64,000 nucleotides of DNA, from positions 20,426 to 84,425 of the forward strand of contig DVJE01000040.1 of the NCBI GenBank assembly GCA_018716975.1, given 5' to 3'. Numbering within the stretch: position 1 is the first letter of the stretch; every line of letters begins with the position of its first letter. The notes below the pieces were generated by a model that saw only the letters and a list, made by a program, of their open reading frames with translations, was not told the origin of the DNA and did no database searches. The stretch comes from Candidatus Gallacutalibacter stercoravium (GTDB lineage: Bacteria > Bacillota > Clostridia > Oscillospirales > Acutalibacteraceae). Positions 58,038 through 64,000 of this stretch are shown here, piece after piece. The position numbers and the translations under genes are program-made.

Positions 58038-58176
58038 AAAAAAACCGCCCGGTTAAACCGGGCGGTGTATTGATTACCTCATCTTCCGGTTAAAACCGCA
58101 GAATTTAGCACCTTGCCTCCAGGCAGGTTGCCGGACATCAAAGGGTCTGTTCCCTCCGTCACTCTTGATAAGGAGC
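58038..58176 (-). promoter_or_regulatory. SAM-I (S-box) riboswitch with intrinsic terminator
   Basis: Minus strand reads CTCCTTATCAAGAGTGACGGAGGGAACAGACCCTTTGATGTCCGGCAACC...GGTGCTAAATTCTGC...AGATGAG. It is followed by the ACCGCCCGG...CCGGGCGGT hairpin and TTTTTTT. Confidence 0.9.
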
Positions 58177-58304
58177 TATTCAGTTTGCAAATGCGGATAA
58201 AAACACCGCTATCCAAGAACAGAGCTAAGTATAGCATAAGGCTTTTGCAGAGTAAATAGTCAATCTGCCATAATATAAATTGCAATATTTGTAGAAAAAG
58301 CTGC

Positions 58305-58871
58305 TTATTGCGGTTGAATCATCTCTTTATTTTTGCGAATGAAGGGGGAGAGCGCTTTAAACAGCAGCATGGCCAATAGGCTGTTTAATCCGCCTTTGAT
58401 TAGGTTAAAGGGCAAAATACCGGGAAAAATCATGGCCATCACCACATCTTGAGGCGTGCCGTATACATGCACGGTGAAGATGAGGTTCATGGGGATCATA
58501 ATCAACGCCATGGCTATGGTGCCCAGCGCCATGCCCAAAGCAGCCCATAGCAGCTTGTGCTGGTGTTTATAACGATAAAATAAGCCGGTGCACACCACTA
58601 ACGCGCCGGATGCAACAAAGTGCATCACCAAGCCAACCCAGCCGTCGCCACCGAATAGGAACGCCTGGATAGCAGATACCACAAATAGAATCACCAGGCC
58701 GGCCCAAGGGCCAAACAAAAGAGACGCCAGCAGAATGGGCACGTCTGCCATGTCGTACTGTAAAAAGGGCATAGAGGGGATAAGGGGGAAGTGCACCAAC
58801 ATCACGAGCACCACGGCGATAGCCGCTAGCAGCGACATCTGGGCCAGACGAATCAGCTTACTGTTTTTCAT
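58305..58871 (-). CDS. ribU: ECF transporter S component, riboflavin type (RibU-like)
   Basis: 188-aa 5-6 TM protein directly downstream of an FMN riboswitch. Confidence 0.75.
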   Translation of the reverse strand: MKNSKLIRLAQMSLLAAIAVVLVMLVHFPLIPSMPFLQYDMADVPILLASLLFGPWAGLVILFVVSAIQAFLFGGDGWVGLVMHFVASGALVVCTGLFYRYKHQHKLLWAALGMALGTIAMALIMIPMNLIFTVHVYGTPQDVVMAMIFPGILPFNLIKGGLNSLLAMLLFKALSPFIRKNKEMIQPQ

Positions 58872-58896
58872 AAAAACACTCCTTTTCGCTGCCCCG

Positions 58897-59093
58897 CAAA
58901 AAATCCCGCAACCTCATATTGAGGTTGCGGGACGATGCACACACCTGTTGCCAAGCGCGCCGTTCTTCTTTCATCCGGACTATACCGTCGGCTCCGGAAT
59001 CACACCGGATCTGTACCAAAAATTGGAACTCGCGGGCTTCGTGCAAAGAACACGTCACCGCCGGTGGGGACTTGCACCCCGCCCCGAAGACAG
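58897..59093 (-). promoter_or_regulatory. FMN (RFN) riboswitch with intrinsic terminator
   Basis: Minus strand reads TCTTCGGGGCGGGGTGCAAGTCCCCACCGGCGGT...AGCCCGCGAG...CCGGTGTGATTCCGGAGCCGACGGTATAGTCCGGATGAAAGAAGA. It is followed by the TCCCGCAACCTC...GAGGTTGCGGGA hairpin and TTTTTT. Confidence 0.92.
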
Positions 59094-59112
59094 CTTTATC
59101 ATATTTGTAACC

Positions 59113-59141
59113 AGTATACCACTGCGAAATTGCCCTGTCAA
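59113..59141 (-). promoter_or_regulatory. ribU promoter TTGACA-N17-TATACT
   Basis: Near-consensus promoter about 20 nt upstream of the riboswitch. Confidence 0.7.
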
Positions 59142-59206
59142 CAAATCTGGGTGATATCCACAAAAAATAAGGAGATACTGAAAGTGAAAAGAAAAGGAGG
59201 GTGTTT

Positions 59207-59428
59207 ATGGCCCCGGTTTCGCTTAAATTGGAAGAAAACAATAAAACAGTTGCCGAGTTGGATTTAACGCTAAACGGCAGCCCGTTGCCTCGGCCGGGTG
59301 ATCAGATTTTTGTGGACAAACGTTGTTATACCGTTCGGGGTCTTTCTTTTGAAACCCAAGCGAATACACAGGATGGGAGTTATTTTATTAGCAAAGTGCG
59401 CCTACTTGCTCAAACAGAAACGCCTTGA
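59207..59428 (+). CDS. 73-aa hypothetical protein
   Basis: AAGGAGGG lies 5 nt before the ATG at 59207. No family recognised. Confidence 0.5.
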   Translation: MAPVSLKLEENNKTVAELDLTLNGSPLPRPGDQIFVDKRCYTVRGLSFETQANTQDGSYFISKVRLLAQTETP

Positions 59429-59557
59429 AAGCCAAGCGCATGAAAGAATTGCGGCGCGCATATACCTTAAAAGAAGGCCGACGCGCTGCCGCCAAAACGC
59501 CCGGCGCCGCTTGCATGAAGAGAAAGATTCTTTTTGGCGGAGAAAGGATTGTATCTT

Positions 59558-60106
59558 ATGCCAGTAGAAGATCCTCGCGGTAAACCCAATCCTCCCACTT
59601 ATGCGGCCGCCGGGCCGTATCCGCCTATCCGTGTGCAGGAGCTCAATCCAGCGTACGCCAGAATGTTAAAGATGGACGCCGATTCTGCCCGCAGTGAGGT
59701 TACCTCTTCGATGCAATATATTTATCAAAGTTGGGTTTTGTCTTTGCAGAATGAGGCCCTTTCTGAAATGCTGCGTGGGATAGCCATTGTAGAAATGCGG
59801 CATTTAGATATCTTGGGCCGCCTCATTGCGCAACTGGGCGGCAACCCGGGCTACGCGGTGTTGCAACAGGGCCGGCCGGTGAGCTGGAGCGGTTCTATGG
59901 TTTCGTATGCCCAGCAGCCGGACCGAATGCTGGAAGGGAATATTTTGCTAGAGCAGCATGCTGTTGATACTTATACCCAACAGATAGCCCATATAAAGGA
60001 TCCTTATGTGGTTGATGTTTTAAAGCGCATTTTATTGGATGAACAGCTGCACCTGGAGATGTTCCGCAGCAGTTTACAACAGCTGCGCGGCCAGAATGCA
60101 GGGTGA
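59558..60106 (+). CDS. Ferritin-like four-helix-bundle protein (Mn-catalase/CotJC-related layout)
   Basis: YPPIRVQELNPAYARML...SEVTSSMQY...IAIVEMRHL...LLEQHAV...DEQLHLEM, giving E / ExxH / E / ExxH di-metal ligand spacing. Start chosen at ATG 59558 after GGAGAAAGGA. Confidence 0.65.
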   Translation: MPVEDPRGKPNPPTYAAAGPYPPIRVQELNPAYARMLKMDADSARSEVTSSMQYIYQSWVLSLQNEALSEMLRGIAIVEMRHLDILGRLIAQLGGNPGYAVLQQGRPVSWSGSMVSYAQQPDRMLEGNILLEQHAVDTYTQQIAHIKDPYVVDVLKRILLDEQLHLEMFRSSLQQLRGQNAG

Positions 60107-60296
60107 AGCGGCTCGTTACAACCGAGCAGTTTCGGGGGCGAAAGAAGAATTTTTGCAACTTTTCGCTCTTTGTGTCAAGAAAGTATTTTTATAACACTAA
60201 ATGATATAGTAACTAAATAATATATAGAAAAAAGAGGAGCCTATTTCGTTTTCCTTGGCAAGGAGATGATGTCCAGCGGTTTTTACTACCATGAGA

Positions 60297-60343
60297 AACG
60301 GCGCCTGTGTACGAAAAACACGATTGTACACAGGCGCCGTTTT
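60297..60343. terminator. Long perfect hairpin between the convergent ferritin-like and cdr genes
   Basis: AACGGCGCCTGTGTAC...GTACACAGGCGCCGTT hairpin, followed by TTTG on the plus strand. Confidence 0.5.
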
Positions 60344-60425
60344 GCCGGTAAAATGACAATAGAGATTTCTGTGGGGCAGTGAGGAACATTGAGCAGCAGG
60401 TACTAATAAGCTGAAACCAGCTCAT

Positions 60426-62129
60426 TTACAGCTTTACTCCGCACGGATGCGCAGCGGCGCTGTCAAATTCATTCTCTTTTGTAACGATTTGGTAAAAACG
60501 GTAACCGCCGGATAGGTTATAACAAGTAAAGCCGTGCTGAGAAAGGATGCGGCAGGCAATGTAGCTGCGCAAGCTGCTTTGGCAGTTTACATAAATGGAC
60601 TTTTTGGGATCCAATTCGTCCAGCCGCTCTCGTAAACTATCAAGCGGAATGGAGATGGCGCCCGGTATATGGCCGGCGGCATATTCCGCAGGGGTGCGAA
60701 CGTCCAGCTGAATAACCGTGTTGTCGCCGTTTAATTGCGGGATATCGTCCCAATGATACTGGCGCACCAAACCGCTGCGGATATTTTCAATCACAAAGCC
60801 CGCCATATTCACCGGATCCTTGGCTGAGGAATAGGGAGGGGCATAGCAAAGCTCCAATTCTGCCAGATCCGCTCCCGTTAGATGATGCCGGATAGCCGTA
60901 GCCAATATATCGCACCGCTTATCCACACCGTCAAAGCCCACCAGCTGGGCGCCTAAAATTGCGCCGGTGTCGGGAGAATATAAAGTTTTGATGGTCATAT
61001 TGTTGGCCCCGGGGTAATAGGTGGCGTGATGCGGAGAAAAGGTAACCACCTTATCATAAGAAAGCCCGGCCCGTTGCGCTGCGCTTTCGTTTACCCCTAC
61101 GGCGGCCACTGTCATGCCGAATAGCCCCACCACGCTGGCCCCCAGAGATCCTTGGTACCCGTTGTTGATTCCGGCAATGTGGCCGGCAGCAATGCGCCCT
61201 TGTTTATTGGCGGGGCCAGCCAGGGGAACATAGGCAGGCTGATTGGTAACGGGATTGAGAACTTCCACCGCATCGCCCACGGCGTAGATATCTGGGTCAG
61301 AGGTTTGCATATTGGCGTTGACAAGGATAGAACCCTTTATCCCCAGCTTTAATCCGGCACTTTTGGCGAGGCCGTTTTCCGGCTGCACACCGGCAGAAAG
61401 CACAACCATATCAGAAGATAGCCGGCTGCCGTCGCTTAACGATATGGCAAGGCCTTTCTCGTGCTGCGCAAAACCGCTGACACTGGCCCCAAGTTTTAGA
61501 GTGAGCCCTTGCTGGCGCAAATAGTCGTGCACCATACAGGCCATATCACAGTCCAACGGGGGAAGAAGATGGCTGGCTTGCTCCACGATGGTAACGGCCA
61601 GCCCCTGGCGTTTTAAATTTTCGGCCATCTCTAGGCCGATGAATCCACCGCCTACCACAACCGCACTGCGGGGCTGGTTTTGCTGTATCCAGCTGTTAAT
61701 ATGCAGGGTGTCTTCCACCGTGCGCAGCGTAAAAATTTGCGGGCTGTCAATGCCGGGCAAAGCAGGAATGAAAGGACGTGCCCCAGGGGAGAGAATTAGT
61801 TTATCGTAGGTATCGGTAAAGTCTTCTCCGCCTTGTAGGGGATGGACTCGGATGGTTTTGTTTTTGGGATCAATGGCTGTTACCTCGTGCAGCACGTTTA
61901 CTTGCACATGAAAACGCTTAGAAAAACTTTGCGGCGTCTGCAGGGTGAGGGCGCTTTCTTCTTGGATAACCCCGCCGATATAATACGGCAAGCCGCAATT
62001 GGCATAAGAAATATAGCCGCTGCGCTCATAAATCGTGATATCGGCCTCTTCGTTCAACCGGCGAAGACGGGCGGCGGCAGAAGCGCCTCCCGCCACGCCG
62101 CCGACGATACAAACTTTTAAATTGCTCAT
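60426..62129 (-). CDS. cdr: CoA-disulfide reductase / NADH-oxidase family flavoprotein with C-terminal rhodanese domain
   Basis: VCIVGGVAGGASAAARL, redox Cys in SYANCGLPYY, and rhodanese loop VNCQSSLRS. Confidence 0.85.
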   Translation of the reverse strand: MSNLKVCIVGGVAGGASAAARLRRLNEEADITIYERSGYISYANCGLPYYIGGVIQEESALTLQTPQSFSKRFHVQVNVLHEVTAIDPKNKTIRVHPLQGGEDFTDTYDKLILSPGARPFIPALPGIDSPQIFTLRTVEDTLHINSWIQQNQPRSAVVVGGGFIGLEMAENLKRQGLAVTIVEQASHLLPPLDCDMACMVHDYLRQQGLTLKLGASVSGFAQHEKGLAISLSDGSRLSSDMVVLSAGVQPENGLAKSAGLKLGIKGSILVNANMQTSDPDIYAVGDAVEVLNPVTNQPAYVPLAGPANKQGRIAAGHIAGINNGYQGSLGASVVGLFGMTVAAVGVNESAAQRAGLSYDKVVTFSPHHATYYPGANNMTIKTLYSPDTGAILGAQLVGFDGVDKRCDILATAIRHHLTGADLAELELCYAPPYSSAKDPVNMAGFVIENIRSGLVRQYHWDDIPQLNGDNTVIQLDVRTPAEYAAGHIPGAISIPLDSLRERLDELDPKKSIYVNCQSSLRSYIACRILSQHGFTCYNLSGGYRFYQIVTKENEFDSAAAHPCGVKL

Positions 62130-62458
62130 TTTGTCACCCCATTTTGCGAAAGCCAGGCTTCCACCGCCCGCTGGGGCTTAGCGCCCAGCGAGGATGCTGT
62201 TACACTTCCGTTTTGTATTAAGAGTAAAGCGGGAATGCTCATAATTTGAAACTGGCGCGCCAATTCGGTTTCTTCATCCACATTGATTTTTAATACCTGC
62301 AGCTTACCGGCATATTCCTTTTCAATTTGTTCCATCACCGGGGTCAGCATACGGCAGGGGCCGCACCAAGGCGCCCAAAAATCCAATAGCACAGGCTTAC
62401 CGGCGGCCAAAGCGCGCTGCAATTCGGCGGTTTTGCGGGTTTGTGTAGCAGAAAACAT
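62126..62458 (-). CDS. trxA: Thioredoxin
   Basis: DFWAPWCGPCRM active site. ATGA overlap with cdr. Confidence 0.93.
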   Translation of the reverse strand: MFSATQTRKTAELQRALAAGKPVLLDFWAPWCGPCRMLTPVMEQIEKEYAGKLQVLKINVDEETELARQFQIMSIPALLLIQNGSVTASSLGAKPQRAVEAWLSQNGVTK

Positions 62459-62541
62459 AATGAAAAACTCCCTTCTGTAATAGCAGGTTAGATTGTTTTT
62501 TTATCTTGTGTGTTTAGCATAACAGAAGGTTCGCCATTGAT

Positions 62542-62558
62542 CTGTGACTTTATCACAG
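62542..62558 (-). promoter_or_regulatory. Candidate Crp/Fnr-family operator CTGTGA-N5-TCACAG
   Basis: 17-bp palindrome centred at 62550. A TATGCT -10 on the minus strand lies at 62521-62516. If that hexamer spans -12 to -7, the centre falls at about -41. Confidence 0.5.
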
Positions 62559-62589
62559 TTCTCAAAAAAATTGCAACGAAAACTGAGGC

Positions 62590-63261
62590 TTATTCTCGCA
62601 GGCTTTGCTGGGCAACGGCACGCAGCCTTTTTTCATCCGTCAGCGTGATGCCGCCGCGCGATAAAGATACCAGCCCCTCAGAGCGAAAATATTGCAGCAT
62701 GCGGGTTACCACCTCCCGGGCGGATCCCAAATGCCGCGCTATCTGCTCATGGGTAAGCCGCACGGGGTTACCCGAACGCCTGGTTTCCTCCACCAAAAAG
62801 GCGGCCAGGCGGCTGTCGAAGCTTTTGCTTACCACCTGATCCAGCAGCCACATAACATCGGCAAAGCGTGCGGCCATCAGTTCATTGGTATAATTTGCAA
62901 CAGCAAGCGAGGTATGCATAAAACGGCGGTAAATATCCGCAGGAACAACATAACAAAAGGTTTCCTCTTGCGCCTGCACTAGAATATCCAGTTGTAGCCC
63001 TCCTAAAATACAAGAGGCAGAAAATAGGCATAGATCGCCGGCAAATAGGCGGTATAACGTTAGCTCTTTGCCCTCTTCGGTTAAGATAAAAGCGCGCAGC
63101 TGCCCTTGCGCCACCAAAAATAAACCAACGCAGTCGTCCGATCCGCTGTGCACTGTCTCTCCGGCCGCTACACGGCGAGGCCGGGCGGCATTGGATAACG
63201 TTTTCTGTTCCTCGGGCGTTAGTTGGTTCCAAATGGGATATAACTGTGCAAAAGTTTTCAT
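62590..63261 (-). CDS. Crp/Fnr family transcriptional regulator
   Basis: cNMP-binding-like N-terminus and C-terminal HTH LTHEQIARHLGSAREVVTRMLQYFRSEGLV. GGAGGTGGAAG lies before the ATG at 63261. Confidence 0.85.
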   Translation of the reverse strand: MKTFAQLYPIWNQLTPEEQKTLSNAARPRRVAAGETVHSGSDDCVGLFLVAQGQLRAFILTEEGKELTLYRLFAGDLCLFSASCILGGLQLDILVQAQEETFCYVVPADIYRRFMHTSLAVANYTNELMAARFADVMWLLDQVVSKSFDSRLAAFLVEETRRSGNPVRLTHEQIARHLGSAREVVTRMLQYFRSEGLVSLSRGGITLTDEKRLRAVAQQSLRE

Positions 63262-63343
63262 GTTCCGTTCTTCCACCTCCATTTGCTACGATTAAGGTGT
63301 TAAGGCATATAGTATCACTATGACGGCCAAATTGCAAAATGAA

Positions 63344-63378
63344 CCAAAAGAAAAACAGCCCGCTTTTACAGCGAGCTG
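63344..63378 (-). terminator. Terminator of the HAD hydrolase gene
   Basis: CAGCTCGCT...AGCGGGCTG hairpin followed by TTTTTCTTTTGG on the minus strand. Confidence 0.65.
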
Positions 63379-63385
63379 AAAGAGG

Positions 63386-64000
63386 TTAAGCGGAATAATA
63401 GGGGCTAAAGCGCACGGGATTATTTGCTCCTTGTTGAAAAATTTGATATTCAATCACCTTTACCACGCCGTGTTCTTGATTGCTGGGGGCAATATAGCGG
63501 GCATAGCGGCGCATATCTTGGTTGGCGTTGGCCATAACGTAGCTGTATCCGGCGTTTTGCAATAGTTCCACATCATTGTAAAAATCGCCAAAGGCCATGG
63601 TTTCAGCGGCGGTAATACCCAGCCGCTGCTGCAAGCGCCGTAGGGCGGCCCCTTTGTTCACGGCTAGGTTGGTCATATCCACCCAGTGCAGGCCCGATAC
63701 CGCCGCATGCAATTGTTTTTCAAATAAGGGCGCCAAAACAGGATAGGTGTTTTTCGATGCGTCCCCCACGTCATAAATAGTGATTTTTACAATATCGTCT
63801 TGTAGCTGCCCCCAATCGCTTAAAAAGCAGCGATTGGGGTAATATTGTTCTATCTCGCGAACTTCTTGGCGGTTGCGTGCAAGCATATAGGCGCCATGTA
63901 TACCGCAAAGAATGGGGATCATACCCTGCTGGGAGGCACAGGCGGTTAAAACTTGCGAAACAAGCGCCGGCGGAATAACATTGGCTTGCGTTATCACACC
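63386..64000 (-). CDS. Cof-type HAD-IIB phosphatase, C-terminal part; gene runs off the right edge
   Basis: NKGAALRRLQQRLGITAAETMAFGDFYNDVELLQNAGYSYVMANA. The frame is still open at 64000. Confidence 0.8.
   Translation of the reverse strand, partial: GVITQANVIPPALVSQVLTACASQQGMIPILCGIHGAYMLARNRQEVREIEQYYPNRCFLSDWGQLQDDIVKITIYDVGDASKNTYPVLAPLFEKQLHAAVSGLHWVDMTNLAVNKGAALRRLQQRLGITAAETMAFGDFYNDVELLQNAGYSYVMANANQDMRRYARYIAPSNQEHGVVKVIEYQIFQQGANNPVRFSPYYSA

Noticed and set aside
1-64000. CRISPR arrays, rRNA operons, IS elements, integrases, prophage blocks
   Set aside because: I scanned all spacers over 150 bp and the ORF track. I found no regularly spaced direct repeats, no rRNA-like sequence and no transposase, integrase or recombinase-like ORF.

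Overview
This 64-kb chromosomal window comes from a spore-forming Firmicute of class Clostridia. Gene content and order resemble Oscillospiraceae/Ruminococcaceae-type genomes, but that placement is inference only.

Most of the window is ordinary housekeeping:
- DNA repair and replication: uvrBA behind an SOS-type operator, an SOS-boxed Y-family polymerase cassette, and yloV-recG.
- Translation and RNA: the MFS-trmK-nif3-rqcH operon, rpsB-tsf, rny-ymdB-spoVS, tRNA-Arg(CCU) and tRNA-Gly(CCC).
- Envelope and lipid: cmk-plsC-plsC-ispH::rpsA, murT-gatD-pepF, and a GtrB-like GT2 overlapping udp.
- Sporulation: spoIIGA-sigE, ylmC and a CotF-like pair.
- Riboswitch-controlled genes: metK behind a SAM-I riboswitch and ribU behind an FMN riboswitch.
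- Other: corA, a Crp/Fnr regulator followed by trxA and a CoA-disulfide-reductase/rhodanese gene, GH172 and GH127 glycosidases, several GNATs, and a type-A chloramphenicol acetyltransferase.

I saw no CRISPR array, rRNA, integrase or intact mobile element.

Observations most worth a second look:
1. A tightly coupled three-gene module of unknown function at 20160-22233. Its DUF5685 protein carries two Asp-rich motifs spaced like those of squalene/phytoene-synthase-type isoprenoid enzymes. The next gene encodes a J-domain protein that ends in a 10-Cys string with a terminal CC. The third gene encodes a small polytopic membrane protein.
2. An EndoA-like MazF toxin with no antitoxin gene in the 380-bp ORF-free upstream region.
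3. An SOS cassette made of a LexA box, a Y-family polymerase, a 79-aa unknown protein and a decayed SRAP gene.
4. A surface-modification islet next to tRNA-Gly, with an acyltransferase-3 gene split at a T7 tract.
5. A GNAT gene interrupted by an in-frame TGA that is followed by 39 apparently native codons.
6. A 17-bp palindrome centred about 41 bp upstream of the inferred trxA transcription start.
7. A 25-codon hydrophobic mini-ORF with a near-perfect Shine-Dalgarno sequence (SD).

All functional calls come from reading the translated ORFs and motifs by eye. No database search was run.
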